Of a stretch of 64,000 nucleotides of DNA, positions 20,129 to 30,917 are shown in pieces. This DNA is from Dehalococcoidia bacterium (GTDB taxonomy: Bacteria; Chloroflexota; Dehalococcoidia; GIF9; DYGU01), in the NCBI GenBank assembly GCA_042408205.1, contig JBHOQK010000009.1, positions 5,486 through 69,485 on the forward strand, in the 5' to 3' direction. Position 1 is the first letter of the stretch, and every line of letters begins with the position of its first letter. The notes below the pieces were generated by a model. It did no database searches and was not told the origin of the DNA. It saw only the letters and a list, made by a program, of their open reading frames with translations. Position numbers and translations under genes: made by a program.

Positions 20129-20318
20129 GTTTATGACGGATGTAAGCAGTCACTCCACTTAAGGTTAAAATACCAATACCTAAAGCCATGGCACCTTGCC
20201 ACAATTTAAATTCATCAAATTGGGTGAACCGATAAAAGATGCCCGAGATAAGACAAATACAGCCGGTGACCAACAAAATCCAGCAAGAAAGAGTGGTTAA
20301 GATTTTAAGGGCTGTCAT
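20121..20318 (-). CDS. Small two-TM membrane protein (paralog B)
   Basis: 65 aa, hydrophobic (LSCWILLVTGCICLISGIFY). It is paralogous to the adjacent 64-aa ORF and overlaps the MFS start by 8 nt. Confidence 0.45.
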   Translation of the reverse strand: MTALKILTTLSCWILLVTGCICLISGIFYRFTQFDEFKLWQGAMALGIGILTLSGVTAYIRHKLE

Positions 20319-20321
20319 TAG

Positions 20322-20516
20322 TTAACTTCTTTCCATTTTGGCTTTAATAAAAGTGAGGAAACTTCCCAATACCATACCTATAGGACCGAGGATAAGACGA
20401 ACTATCCAGCAAGGCTTTCCTATAAGTAAGGCGACAAGACCATCAATCAAACAAAAAATACCAAAGATAAAAAGAAACCAAGCTGAGACAAAAACCGGTA
20501 ATTTAAGCTTGTCCAT
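20322..20516 (-). CDS. Small two-TM membrane protein (paralog A)
   Basis: 64 aa (VSAWFLFIFGIFCLIDGLVALL), 26 nt downstream of the dnaE stop, in tandem with paralog B. Confidence 0.45.
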   Translation of the reverse strand: MDKLKLPVFVSAWFLFIFGIFCLIDGLVALLIGKPCWIVRLILGPIGMVLGSFLTFIKAKMERS

Positions 20517-20542
20517 TTTTCTCTTTTATTTTTTATGGAGAA

Positions 20543-23500
20543 TTAATTTTCTACTATTTTAAAGTTATTTTCCCCGAGAAGCTGTGTCAATTGCTGAACT
20601 AATTCGGTACAGCAAACAATAGTTACGTTGGTAAGATCGAGGTTGACTTTCTTTTCGCCGTTAATAATAGTTAAGCGCACTGGGTCTTGCCCTGGATAAT
20701 TATAAAGAATATCCATAACTTGGTGGAGGCGAGTAATATCAATTTCTTCGTCTCCGGTTTGATGGAAGTGGATTATCAGGTGACGCTGGCGCCGGGTTTC
20801 CTCCCTAACAGCTAACTCCTCTATCTGGGTTACCTTAGTATTTTGATACGGATATGCACGATAACAGTTCACAGTTACTTTTTCTTCTCTCAGCTTGACC
20901 ACTCCTTCTACCAGCAAAATATTTCCTACCTGCCACAATTCTTGAGTCTGTTTATAGATTTCGGGCCAAAGAGTTACTTCAATGCTACCATCCAAGTCTT
21001 CCAGGGTTGCAATAGCGAAAGTTTGACGATTACGAGTATATAAGTGGCGGACTGATGTCACTACTCCGGCTATAATTACTCCCTCTCCGGCCATTCCGGC
21101 ATCAATTTGTCCGCAAAGAGCTGTAATTTTGGAGGCCATTTTTGAAGCCACTGAAGCAAAGGGATGTTCTGAAAAGTAGACTCCGAGGAGTTCCTTTTCA
21201 GCTTCTAACTTATCTTTTAGAGGTAAGTCAGCACCATTTAAATCAAGATCTGGGAAAGGTAAGGGAACACTCTGTCCCCAAAAGTCAAACATACTAATTT
21301 GTCCGGTCTCTCTTAGATGTTGGTATCTCTGGGCAAGGGTAAGGATACGGTCAATAGCTTGAAGGAGAGCTCCCCGTTTAGCTAAGGAATCGAAGGCACC
21401 TGCCTTAATTAAACTTTCTAAGACTTTTCGGTTCATATGGCGCAGATCGGCATGCTGGCAAAAATCTTCTATAGATTTGAAAGGACCCCACTGATTGCGA
21501 ACGGAAAGAATCGGCTCAATAGCTGTCATCCCAACATTCTTAATCGAAGCTAATCCAAAGCGAATGGCAGGTAAGTCTTTATCATCCTGTTTTTCTATAA
21601 TAAAATTAGCCTGGCTTTTATTGATATCTGGAGGAAGTACCGAGATGCCTAAGCGACGGCATTCAGCAATAGCTGAGCGAACTTTGTCTGGTTGATGGGC
21701 GTAAGCATTAAGAAAAGCTGTCATATATTCAACAGGATAATTAGCTTTAAGATAAGCAGTTCGGTAAGCGACAAGGGCATAACTAACACTATGGGCTTTA
21801 TTGAAAGCATAACCAGCAAAAGGTTCAATAAGGGTGAAGATTTTTTCAGCTAATTCGGCTGGTATTCCTCTTTTAACGGCTCGGGTAATAAAGTTTTGTT
21901 TTTCTTTTTTCATTACTTCAGGGATTTTTTTCCCCATAGCTTTGCGGAAAATGTCGGCTTCTCCTAAACTATAGCCGGCGAGGGCTTGAACAATAAGCAA
22001 CACCTGCTCTTGATAAACAATAACACCATAAGTTTCTGCTAAAATTTCCTTAAGAGCTGGATGAACATAGTGGATTGGTTCAATACCATGCTTGGCGTTG
22101 ATAAAGGTTGGAATATGTTCCATGGGTCCAGGGCGATAGAGAGCTATCATAGCTGCAATATCACCAAAGGTGGTTGGCTTTAATTCCTTAATGTAGCGAC
22201 GCATACCAGCACTTTCTAACTGAAAAACACCTCCGGTCTCTCCTGAAGCTAAGAGTTCAAAAGTCTTAGGGTCATCCAGGGGAAGTTGAGATAAGTCTAA
22301 GGTTATGTTTCGGTTTTGGGCAATAATTTCTTTAGCTTTTGCCAGGATAGTAAGATTGACTAAACCTAAGAAATCCATCTTTAGAAGACCGAGGCGAGCC
22401 ACATCCTCCATGGAAAATTGAGTCATCACTGTGGTCAGCTGATTACCTTTGCTGGCGCGTTGAAGGGGTAAGTATTGAGTCAAAGGTTCTTTAGAGATAA
22501 CAATTCCAGCAGCATGAGTACTGACATGGCGAGCAATACCCTCTAAGCTACGAGCGGTATCTATTAAACGTTTGACAACCTCATCCTGTTGATAGCTGTT
22601 TTGAAGCTCTTGACTACTTTGCAAAGCTTTATCCAAAGTTATGCCTAATTCAGTGGGGATTAAGCGGGCAATTCGGTCAACATGACTATAAGGCATACCC
22701 AAAGCTCTGCCTACATCTCTAATAGCGGCTTTTGCACCTAATGTGCCGAAGGTAATAATCTGGGCAACGCGGTCACTACCGTATTTTTGAGTGACATAAT
22801 TAATTACCTCGTCTCGGCGGTCGTCTTGAAAATCAAGGTCAATATCGGGTAACTCACGCCGTTCTACATTTAAAAAACGCTCAAAGACGAGTTTATGAGC
22901 TAAAGGGTCAATATCGGTGATGCCTAAACAAAATAAAACTAGACTGGCAGCGGCACTACCCCGAACACCAAAAAGAATGTTCTGTCTTCGGGCAAAAGAG
23001 ATGATATCCCAAACAATAAGAAAATAATGAGCGAAATTCGTTTTTTTAATGACCTCAAGTTCATAAGTTAAACGCTGCTCTATCTCCGGGGATATCTGGG
23101 AATAGCGCTGTTTGGCTCCTTGCCAGCATAGTTCAGCCAGATATTCGTCGGCAGTTTTTCCTTCGGGGAGGTCCATTTGGGGGAAGTGGAGGGTATTAAA
23201 TTCAAATTTAACTTGGCACATTTCAGCAATACGCATGGTGTTATCTATTGCTTGGGGCAAATCAGCAAATAGGGTTACCATTTCTTCAGGGCTCTTGAGG
23301 TAAAAGAAATCTCCCGCCATCTTCAATCGTTTTTCATCATAAACGGAAGTGTTCGTCTGAATACAGAGAAGAATTTCATGGATAGGAGCATCTTCTTTGT
23401 TGATATAATGGACATCATTGGTAGCTACTATAGGGATATTTAGTTTGGCTGATAAGGCTAATAGCCCTTGATTAATTTGTTCCAGCTCTGGAATAGGGTG

Positions 23501-24016
23501 TTTTTGAATTTCCAGATAAAAGTCATTAAAAGTTTCTTTATACCAAAGGGCTTCAGCGATAGCCTGGTCAGTCCGTCCTTCCAAAATTAGGCGGGGCAAT
23601 TGTCCATGGGCACAGCCAGAAAGGACAATAAGCCCGTTACTATGTTCAGCCAAAAGTTCTTTATCTACTCTTGGTTTATAATAAAAGCCTTCCAGGTGAG
23701 CTTTGGTAACAAGCTGGATTAAATTGTGGTATCCCTGTTCATTTTTGGCAAGGAGAGTCAAATGATACGGATTCTTGTCACTAATATCACGACTATGGCG
23801 GGTTGTTTCAGCTACATAGATTTCACAGCCGAGAATAGGCTTTATACCGGCTTCAATAGCTGTAGCATAGAAATTAATGACACCGTATAAGGCTCCATGG
23901 TCGGTTATGGCTAAACTACGCATGCCTAATTCTTTAGCTTTGGTAATAAGTTGAGGGATTCGACACATGCCATCAAGGAGACTATACTCAGTGTGGACAT
24001 GAAGATGAGTAAACAT
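20543..24016 (-). CDS. dnaE: DNA polymerase III alpha subunit (DnaE type)
   Basis: 1157 aa. Has an N-terminal PHP domain (HLHVHTEYSLLDGM), a polymerase core, and a C-terminal OB fold. Confidence 0.95.
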   Translation of the reverse strand: MFTHLHVHTEYSLLDGMCRIPQLITKAKELGMRSLAITDHGALYGVINFYATAIEAGIKPILGCEIYVAETTRHSRDISDKNPYHLTLLAKNEQGYHNLIQLVTKAHLEGFYYKPRVDKELLAEHSNGLIVLSGCAHGQLPRLILEGRTDQAIAEALWYKETFNDFYLEIQKHPIPELEQINQGLLALSAKLNIPIVATNDVHYINKEDAPIHEILLCIQTNTSVYDEKRLKMAGDFFYLKSPEEMVTLFADLPQAIDNTMRIAEMCQVKFEFNTLHFPQMDLPEGKTADEYLAELCWQGAKQRYSQISPEIEQRLTYELEVIKKTNFAHYFLIVWDIISFARRQNILFGVRGSAAASLVLFCLGITDIDPLAHKLVFERFLNVERRELPDIDLDFQDDRRDEVINYVTQKYGSDRVAQIITFGTLGAKAAIRDVGRALGMPYSHVDRIARLIPTELGITLDKALQSSQELQNSYQQDEVVKRLIDTARSLEGIARHVSTHAAGIVISKEPLTQYLPLQRASKGNQLTTVMTQFSMEDVARLGLLKMDFLGLVNLTILAKAKEIIAQNRNITLDLSQLPLDDPKTFELLASGETGGVFQLESAGMRRYIKELKPTTFGDIAAMIALYRPGPMEHIPTFINAKHGIEPIHYVHPALKEILAETYGVIVYQEQVLLIVQALAGYSLGEADIFRKAMGKKIPEVMKKEKQNFITRAVKRGIPAELAEKIFTLIEPFAGYAFNKAHSVSYALVAYRTAYLKANYPVEYMTAFLNAYAHQPDKVRSAIAECRRLGISVLPPDINKSQANFIIEKQDDKDLPAIRFGLASIKNVGMTAIEPILSVRNQWGPFKSIEDFCQHADLRHMNRKVLESLIKAGAFDSLAKRGALLQAIDRILTLAQRYQHLRETGQISMFDFWGQSVPLPFPDLDLNGADLPLKDKLEAEKELLGVYFSEHPFASVASKMASKITALCGQIDAGMAGEGVIIAGVVTSVRHLYTRNRQTFAIATLEDLDGSIEVTLWPEIYKQTQELWQVGNILLVEGVVKLREEKVTVNCYRAYPYQNTKVTQIEELAVREETRRQRHLIIHFHQTGDEEIDITRLHQVMDILYNYPGQDPVRLTIINGEKKVNLDLTNVTIVCCTELVQQLTQLLGENNFKIVEN

Positions 24017-24105
24017 TTAATCTATTATAACAGGCTCTTAAGAGGGATGTGATTGGTTATTAAAAAGAATTTTCACCGTAAATATTCTTAATTAAAGAGG
24101 GTGGG

Positions 24106-24789
24106 TTGCGAATTACTTTATTAATTATTCAGTGGGCTTTTGTATTATGTTTGCCTCTTCTTCTGTTAGCTACCAATATTCGCTGGGTAGTTAATAGTCT
24201 CTGGGTTTATGAATATGGTTTTAATAAATATAACGTAAGTTTAACTACTGGTTTAGCTGACTTTGAGCTAAGAAAAACGGCAAAGCAATTAATGGATTAC
24301 TTTAATTCCAGACGTGATACAGCTCAAGTAATTGTATTAAAAGAAGGAAAAGAAGTTGAGCTATTTACTGAGCGGGAGATTATTCATCTTCAGGATGTGA
24401 AGAATTTAGTTCAGTTCGGCTATCACTTTCAAATAAGCCTTCTGACTTTAATAGGGGTTTTTGTTTTATTATTAGTAGTAATTGGGAGGAAAAAAGGATG
24501 GCAGGTATTGGCGAAAAGTTTTTTGTGGGGTAGTGCTTTGACCTTTAGTTTATTAATAATTTTGGCTTTGATGGCTATTTTTCGGTTTGACCAACTGTTC
24601 TTGTTTTTTCATTGGATTAGCTTTCCTAACGAATACTGGATTCTCGACCCGGAACAACATTATTTAATTCGAATGTTCCCCCAAGGATTCTTCCAGGATG
24701 CAGCTCTATTTATCTTTGCCGTTACACTAATTGAAGCTTTCTTATTAGGTGGTATAGCTTTGGGCGGTTTGAAGCTATATAGGTGGTAA
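24106..24789 (+). CDS. DUF1461/TIGR01906-like integral membrane protein (possible Lit-type lipoprotein transacylase family)
   Basis: 227 aa with multiple TM segments. The family assignment is from memory of sequence character only. Confidence 0.5.
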   Translation: MRITLLIIQWAFVLCLPLLLLATNIRWVVNSLWVYEYGFNKYNVSLTTGLADFELRKTAKQLMDYFNSRRDTAQVIVLKEGKEVELFTEREIIHLQDVKNLVQFGYHFQISLLTLIGVFVLLLVVIGRKKGWQVLAKSFLWGSALTFSLLIILALMAIFRFDQLFLFFHWISFPNEYWILDPEQHYLIRMFPQGFFQDAALFIFAVTLIEAFLLGGIALGGLKLYRW

Positions 24790-24797
24790 CGATGCTT

Positions 24798-25034
24798 CTA
24801 AATACCACAGGTGCTACAAGTAGTTGCTGAGCAAGTGCCACAAGCACTACCAGTGCCAGCGATAGGATTGGTTTCCCCTTCAGCGTCTTTTGAGAAAGAA
24901 GCAAAACGGGAAAAAAGCCGTTGCCCTTGGGCACCACATCGTGGACAAGACCCACCTTCAGTGGCTTTACTCATCGGGAGTAGTAGCTCAAATTTAACCT
25001 TGCAATTGGGGCAAAAGTATTCATAAATAGGCAT
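24798..25034 (-). CDS. FmdB-family zinc-ribbon protein with a Cys/Ser/Thr-rich C-terminal tail
   Basis: 78 aa. Has the CPNC...CPRCG ribbon followed by GSACGTCSATTCSTCGI. Confidence 0.6.
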   Translation of the reverse strand: MPIYEYFCPNCKVKFELLLPMSKATEGGSCPRCGAQGQRLFSRFASFSKDAEGETNPIAGTGSACGTCSATTCSTCGI

Positions 25035-25210
25035 TTTTTAAAGTATAGTATTAACTTGGAATTTTCGTCAACACTTTTCTTCCTTTTTGTTAATATTTTA
25101 CTGGTTTTAAAGAAAAAAGAGGCTAATTCCCCGGTTTATTTTGTTCTCTGATTGAACTTTTAGTTTAATAAAGGTTATACTTAGCTTAGATTTTATGTTG
25201 GGGGAATTTT

Positions 25211-25927
25211 GTGGAGGAGCTAGTAGGAAAAATTATCCTTTGGATTAAGGACAAAGTAGTTGCAGCTGGGAAAAAAGGTGTGGTGTTGGGAATGAGTGGT
25301 GGTGTTGATTCTTCGGTAACCGCGGTCTTATGCCAGCGGGCTTTTCCTGAAGCTACTTTAGGAGTAATTATGCCGTGCTATAGCGACAAGTTAGATGAAA
25401 TGCATGCCCAGTTAGTGGCGAATAAATTTGGTATACCGGTAACTAAAATTGTCTTAGACGAAGTATTTGATACTTTACTTAAAGTGCTCCCAACCCCACC
25501 AGCGAGTTCCAAACAGCTGGCAGAAGCTAATCTAAAACCTAGGTTAAGAATGACTGTCCTTTACTATTTAGCTAATTGCCTTGACTATTTGGTAGTGGGT
25601 AGTAGCAATCGGAGTGAACTTTCTATTGGCTATTTTACTAAATACGGAGATGGTGGTGTTGACTTAATACCTTTAGGTAATTTAACGAAGAGTGAGGTTC
25701 GAGAGTTAGCTATTTATTTAGGAATTCCTCAAGAAATCATTGACAAACCACCTTCTGCTGGTCTTTGGGCGGGACAGACGGACGAAGGTGAATTAGGGTT
25801 AACCTATGCCCAGCTTGACCATTATCTTCGGACAGGGGAAGGGGAAGAAGCGATAAAAAAACGGATAAACTTCTTAATCACCAAAAATGCTCATAAACTA
25901 TCGCCCCCCCCATCGCCTTTTTGGTGA
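25211..25927 (+). CDS. nadE: NH3-dependent NAD+ synthetase
   Basis: 238 aa with the PP-loop SGGVDSS. It starts with GTG and has a GGGGGA RBS upstream. Confidence 0.9.
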   Translation: MEELVGKIILWIKDKVVAAGKKGVVLGMSGGVDSSVTAVLCQRAFPEATLGVIMPCYSDKLDEMHAQLVANKFGIPVTKIVLDEVFDTLLKVLPTPPASSKQLAEANLKPRLRMTVLYYLANCLDYLVVGSSNRSELSIGYFTKYGDGGVDLIPLGNLTKSEVRELAIYLGIPQEIIDKPPSAGLWAGQTDEGELGLTYAQLDHYLRTGEGEEAIKKRINFLITKNAHKLSPPPSPFW

Positions 25928-25977
25928 GTGAAAGAAATTTTACTTATTGTGTAAGGAGAATAGTTTGGAGGGAAAAG

Positions 25978-27009
25978 ATGGTTAGTGAAAAAGCGAAAGC
26001 GTTACAATTAGCCGTCGCCCAAATTGAAAAACAATTTGGGAAAGGAGCCGTTATGAAATTAGGTGAAGCCTCAGCCCGAATGGCGGTAGAAGCTATTCCA
26101 ACGGGCTCTTTATCCTTAGACATAGCCTTGGGAATAGGAGGCGTACCACGGGGAAGGGTTACTGAAATTTTTGGTGCCGAAGCTTCTGGGAAAACTACTT
26201 TAGCTCAACATATAATAGCTGAAGCTCAAAAACTTGGTGGCATTGGTGCTTATATAGATGCTGAGCATAGTCTTGACCGGGATTATGCTGAAAGATGCGG
26301 TGTTAAGGTTGATGAGCTATGGATTGCTCAGCCAGATACGGGTGAGGAAGCTTTAGAAATTACTGAAACTTTGGTCCGGAGTGGAGCTATAGATGTAATA
26401 GTTATTGATAGTGTCGCTGCTCTGGTTCCTCGGGCTGAGATTGAAGGGGAGATGGGTGATGCTCATGTAGGTTTACAAGCGCGCCTGATGTCGCAGGCAT
26501 TAAGAAAGTTGGTAGCTGCTATTGGCAGGTCAGGCACTGCTGTTATTTTCGTTAACCAACTTAGGGAGAAAGTTGGAGTTATTTTCGGGAGCCCCGAGGT
26601 TACTCCTGGTGGTAGAGCTTTAAAATTTTATAGCTCAGTAAGGATAGACCTGAGGCGTCTTGAGTCTATAAAGCAAGGTTCCCAGGTAGTCGGTACTCGG
26701 GTTCGGGCAAAGGTAGTCAAGAATAAGGTAGCACCACCTTTCCGATATGCAGAATTTGACATAATGTTTAATCGAGGTATCAGCAAAGAGGGTGAGCTTA
26801 TTGATATTGGGGTTAAATTAGGCATTGTTAACAAAGCTGGAACTTTCTTTACTTACGGTGAAACTAAATTGGGTCAGGGTCGGGAAAATGCTAAAGAGTA
26901 TTTGAGACAACATCCTGAATTAGCTTTGAAAATAGAACAGGAAATAAGGTCATCAACAGCTTTAGCTCAAGGTTTAATTATAGTGGAAGAAAGGGAGCCT
27001 TACGAATAA
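25978..27009 (+). CDS. recA: Recombinase A
   Basis: Has Walker [12 protein letters not shown] and typical RecA loops. The start is chosen at [23 protein letters not shown], which follows a GGAGGGA RBS. The track ORF begins 57 nt earlier. Confidence 0.95.
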   Translation: MVSEKAKALQLAVAQIEKQFGKGAVMKLGEASARMAVEAIPTGSLSLDIALGIGGVPRGRVTEIFGAEASGKTTLAQHIIAEAQKLGGIGAYIDAEHSLDRDYAERCGVKVDELWIAQPDTGEEALEITETLVRSGAIDVIVIDSVAALVPRAEIEGEMGDAHVGLQARLMSQALRKLVAAIGRSGTAVIFVNQLREKVGVIFGSPEVTPGGRALKFYSSVRIDLRRLESIKQGSQVVGTRVRAKVVKNKVAPPFRYAEFDIMFNRGISKEGELIDIGVKLGIVNKAGTFFTYGETKLGQGRENAKEYLRQHPELALKIEQEIRSSTALAQGLIIVEEREPYE

Positions 27010-27043
27010 ATTAAGAATAATTAGGGAAAAGAGTAATTTAGGG

Positions 27044-27613
27044 ATGGTGGGTGAAATTAACGGTGAGGCTGGTTTTAGGGGCAATAAAGTAATATCAGGT
27101 GGGATTGAGGAACTCAAAGAAACTAATGTAGAAAAATGCTTTAAGGTAGCTTTACGTTACTTAAGTTACAGACCTCGAAGCGAAACTGAAATCAGACATC
27201 GGCTTTACCGTCGTGGTTTTGACATAGAGACGGTAGAAAAAACGATAACCAGACTGAAAAATAAAAAGTTAATTGATGATGTTGCTTTTGCTCGTTTCTG
27301 GGTAGAAAATAGACTTTTGTTTAAACCCAAAAGTCGCCAACTTTTAAGTCTTGAATTAAAGCAAAAAGGGATAGCTAAAGGAATAATAGATGAAGTCACC
27401 CAAGAAGCTGATGACAAATTTAGTGCTCTTAAAGTTGGACAAAAAAGAGCTCGTTGTTTAGCTAAATTAGATTACCGGGAATTTCGCTATCGTTTAGCTG
27501 ATTATCTTAAACGTCGCGGATTTAACTCTGATATTATCAACTGGGTTGTAGAACATTTATGGCAAGAGAAGCAAGATGCCTTTTTATTTGACACTCCAAG
27601 TAGAGAAAGTTAA
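27044..27613 (+). CDS. recX: Recombination regulator RecX
   Basis: 189 aa with RecX-type helical repeats (ALRYLSYRPRSETEIRHRLYRRGF), in the usual position directly after recA. Confidence 0.8.
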   Translation: MVGEINGEAGFRGNKVISGGIEELKETNVEKCFKVALRYLSYRPRSETEIRHRLYRRGFDIETVEKTITRLKNKKLIDDVAFARFWVENRLLFKPKSRQLLSLELKQKGIAKGIIDEVTQEADDKFSALKVGQKRARCLAKLDYREFRYRLADYLKRRGFNSDIINWVVEHLWQEKQDAFLFDTPSRES

Positions 27614-27679
27614 TATTAAAAACAAAAACTGGAAAAACAGTTACTCTTATGACTTTATTTAGAAAAGTGAGGCGAGATA

Positions 27680-29206
27680 ATGACTTCTTTAATATATATT
27701 GTAATTGGACTTTTATTTATCTTGGGCTGTGGTATTGGCTATTTAGCTCGACAATTAATAGCTAATGAACAACTTAAAGCCAAGCAGAGAGAAGCTGAAA
27801 ATTTAATACGAGAAGCTACTGCCAAACATGAAGCTTTACTTAGAGAAGCTAGAGAAGAGACGAATCGGTTACGGGCTGCAGCCGAGGCGGAAGCTCGAGA
27901 ACGTCGCTTCGAAATACAAAGATTAGAAAGACGCCTAACTCACAAAGAAGAGGCGTTGGAGCGTAAGTTAGAAGCCTTAGAACGCCGGGAGCAAAATTTA
28001 GCTACCAAAGAAAAGGAAATCCAAGCCATAAAAATCCAGTTAGAAGAAATACGCCAAAAACAGCTCCATCAGTTAGAGCTTATTTCTGGTCTATCAAGCG
28101 CTGAAGCTAAGCAACTTTTGTTGGAAAACCTTGAGGCAGAGATAAAGGAGGAAGTCTCAAGACGACTCAGAGAGTGGGAAGCTTGGCTAAAAGAAGAGGC
28201 TGATAGTAAAGCTCGTGAGATTTTAGCCACGGTGATTCAACGTTATGCTACTGAAGTAGTTTCCGAAACTACGGTTTCGGTTATCCCACTGCCTAGTGAT
28301 GAAATGAAGGGAAGACTTATCGGTCGTGAAGGTCGCAATATTCGAGCTTTAGAGCAGGCTACTGGGGTTGACCTAATTATTGATGACACCCCGGAAACGG
28401 TAACTATTTCCAGCTTTGACCCGGTGCGTCGTGAAGTAGCCAGAATTGCCTTAAATAAACTTATTCTGGATGGGCGCATTCATCCAGCTCGGATTGAGGA
28501 GGTAGTGGAGAAGGCTAAAGAAGAAGTTCAAAAAATCATTTGGCACGAGGGTGAGCAGGCAGCTTATAAAGCAGGTGTCCATGGTCTCCATCCTGAATTG
28601 ATTAAATTACTGGGTAAATTAAAGTTACGCACCAGCTATGGTCAGAATGTTTTACTTCATAGTCTTGAGGTTGCCCACTTTGCTGGAATGCTTGCTGCTG
28701 AAATCGGGGCGAATGTTTCCATAGCCAAAAAAGCTGGACTCCTTCATGATATTGGAAAAGCTGTTGACCATGAGGTGGAAGGCTCTCATGCTGTAATTGG
28801 TGCCAACCTGGTTCAGCAATGGGAAAAGTCGGTGGAAGTAGCTCAGGCAATTGCGGAACATCATGGAGAGATGTCAACCATGAGTGTCATGGGCTTTATT
28901 GTAGCTACAGCTGATGCTTTAAGTGGAGCCAGACCGGGAGCCCGGCGGGAAACTTTTGAGCAGTATTTGAAGCGCATTGAAGCCTTGGAAAATATCGCTA
29001 ACAGCTTTCCTGGGGTAGAAAAAGCTTATGCTATTCAAGCCGGGCGGGAGGTGAGGATAATGGTAAAACCGGAGGAAGTGGATGATTTAGCTGCCATGAG
29101 ATTGGTCCGAGATATTACTAAGAAGATAGAAGAAACTTTAGAATATCCAGGGCAGATAAAAGTTGTAGTGATTCGGGAGACCAGGGTAGTGGATTATGCT
29201 AAGTAA
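27680..29206 (+). CDS. rny: Ribonuclease Y
   Basis: 508 aa. Has an N-terminal TM, a coiled coil, a KH domain ([15 protein letters not shown]), and an HD domain (LLHDIGKA). Confidence 0.95.
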   Translation: MTSLIYIVIGLLFILGCGIGYLARQLIANEQLKAKQREAENLIREATAKHEALLREAREETNRLRAAAEAEARERRFEIQRLERRLTHKEEALERKLEALERREQNLATKEKEIQAIKIQLEEIRQKQLHQLELISGLSSAEAKQLLLENLEAEIKEEVSRRLREWEAWLKEEADSKAREILATVIQRYATEVVSETTVSVIPLPSDEMKGRLIGREGRNIRALEQATGVDLIIDDTPETVTISSFDPVRREVARIALNKLILDGRIHPARIEEVVEKAKEEVQKIIWHEGEQAAYKAGVHGLHPELIKLLGKLKLRTSYGQNVLLHSLEVAHFAGMLAAEIGANVSIAKKAGLLHDIGKAVDHEVEGSHAVIGANLVQQWEKSVEVAQAIAEHHGEMSTMSVMGFIVATADALSGARPGARRETFEQYLKRIEALENIANSFPGVEKAYAIQAGREVRIMVKPEEVDDLAAMRLVRDITKKIEETLEYPGQIKVVVIRETRVVDYAK

Positions 29207-29218
29207 AGGGAGATAATT

Positions 29219-29986
29219 TTGCGAGTATTAATGATAGGTGACGTGGTGGGTAAGCCTGGCAGAAAAGCATTACAGAAGCTTGTGCCAGGCTTACGTTATG
29301 ATTATGAAATTGACCTTGTCATTGCTAATGGAGAAAATGCCGCTGGAGGATTGGGAATTACTCCAGCAACTGCCGAAGAAATTTTAGCTTCAGGAGTTGA
29401 TGTTATAACCACCGGGAATCACGTTTGGGCTCATAAAGAAATTATTTCCTATCTGGATAGTGCTACTCCAGTACTCCGACCACTTAATTTCCCCCCGGGA
29501 ACCCCCGGGCGTGGTTATTTCTTAATAAAACAAGCTTTAGTAGTTAACCTTATGGGGCGAACTTTTATGGGCAATTTTGATTGTCCCTTTCGAGCTATTG
29601 ACATTTTGTTAGCTAGTCCAGAAGCTCATGTCCCGGTTATAATTGTTGATTTTCATGCTGAAGCCACTTCGGAAAAAGTAGCTATGGGAAGATATTTAGA
29701 TGGACGAGTTAGCGCTGTATTAGGTACCCATACTCATGTTGGCACTATTGATTTGTGTATACTACCTAAGGGTACAGCTTATGTTACAGATATAGGTATG
29801 GTTGGGCCTATGGACTCTGTTATCGGTGATGATATTGAAACCGTAATTCATAGTTTTCTTACTCGGTTGCCCCATCGTATTTCTGTAGCCAAAGGCAGGG
29901 TAATTTTTAATGCAGTAATAGTTGATGTCAACGATGTTACTGGAAAAGCAATTTCTATTACCCGGCTTCAACGGGAGGTAGATTAG
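29219..29986 (+). CDS. ymdB: YmdB-like metallophosphoesterase (TIGR00282 family)
   Basis: 255 aa with an MRVLMIGDVVG start. The conserved rny-ymdB pairing is present. Confidence 0.85.
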   Translation: MRVLMIGDVVGKPGRKALQKLVPGLRYDYEIDLVIANGENAAGGLGITPATAEEILASGVDVITTGNHVWAHKEIISYLDSATPVLRPLNFPPGTPGRGYFLIKQALVVNLMGRTFMGNFDCPFRAIDILLASPEAHVPVIIVDFHAEATSEKVAMGRYLDGRVSAVLGTHTHVGTIDLCILPKGTAYVTDIGMVGPMDSVIGDDIETVIHSFLTRLPHRISVAKGRVIFNAVIVDVNDVTGKAISITRLQREVD

Positions 29987-30026
29987 TGAAAAACTTACTT
30001 TGTTCTTTAGTAAAGGTAATGATTAA

Positions 30027-30869
30027 ATGAAAGCCGACCTTCATCTTCATACCACAGCCTCTGATGGACGTTTTACCCCAGAGGAGATTGTTTGTTTAGC
30101 CGTACGACTGGGAATTAATGTCATTAGTATTACTGACCATGATTCGGTGGCTGGAATTATTCCAGCCTTAGCTGCGGCGAAATCGTTTCCTGCGTTAACT
30201 GTTATTCCGGGCATTGAAATTAACGTCGATGTCCCCGGAAGTGAGGTACATATTCTTGGTTATTTCATTGATTATACTAATCAAGAGTTATGTTCGACTT
30301 TACATCGCTTGCGCACTTCGCGAGAGAGGCGAGCACAAACTATGATAGCCAAATTAGAAAATTTAGGTATGAAAATTGACTGGCAGCGAGTGCAAGAGTT
30401 AGCCAAAGGTGGTTCTATAGGCAGACCTCATATAGCTCAGGCTCTCCTAGAAAAAGGTTATGTTAGTTCTCTAACTGAAGCCTTTACCAAATATATAGGT
30501 AGAAATGGTCCAGCCTATGCTGAGCGGGAGAAAATTACCCCGATACAAGCCGTGGAACTTATTAAGAAAACTCAGGGCTTGCCGGTTTTAGCTCATCCTG
30601 CTGATATTCCTAATCTTGATCACTTCTTACCAGAACTTATCAGTGCTGGCTTGGTTGGGATAGAAGTATGGTATGATGGCTATTCCTCTGAGATAATCAG
30701 TTGGCTACAGAGTATAGCTTTCAAATATAATCTGATCGTCACGGGTGGTAGTGATTATCACGGTTTTGGTGATGTTCCAGAAACTAAGCTCGGAGAGCCA
30801 CCAATACCAGTTTGGGCAATAGCGCAACTTTTTAATTTATCTGGAAAGGCGGTAGACTTTGTTAAATAA
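30027..30869 (+). CDS. PHP-domain phosphoesterase (TrpH/YciV-like)
   Basis: 280 aa with ADLHLHTTASDG and ITDHD metal-binding motifs. Confidence 0.8.
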   Translation: MKADLHLHTTASDGRFTPEEIVCLAVRLGINVISITDHDSVAGIIPALAAAKSFPALTVIPGIEINVDVPGSEVHILGYFIDYTNQELCSTLHRLRTSRERRAQTMIAKLENLGMKIDWQRVQELAKGGSIGRPHIAQALLEKGYVSSLTEAFTKYIGRNGPAYAEREKITPIQAVELIKKTQGLPVLAHPADIPNLDHFLPELISAGLVGIEVWYDGYSSEIISWLQSIAFKYNLIVTGGSDYHGFGDVPETKLGEPPIPVWAIAQLFNLSGKAVDFVK

Positions 30870-30917
30870 GCTGAACTTTTTAAAAATAAGTCTTAAATAA
30901 AGAGAAAGGAGTCAAAA

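Noticed and set aside
25921-25977. Extended recA N-terminus ([19 protein letters not shown]) from the first ATG. The motif ATGGT-AGTGAAA recurs at the true start.
   Set aside because: The RecA alignment starts at the second Met, which has a GGAGGGA RBS. The upstream ATG lies inside the nadE 3' end, and the repeated motif looks coincidental.
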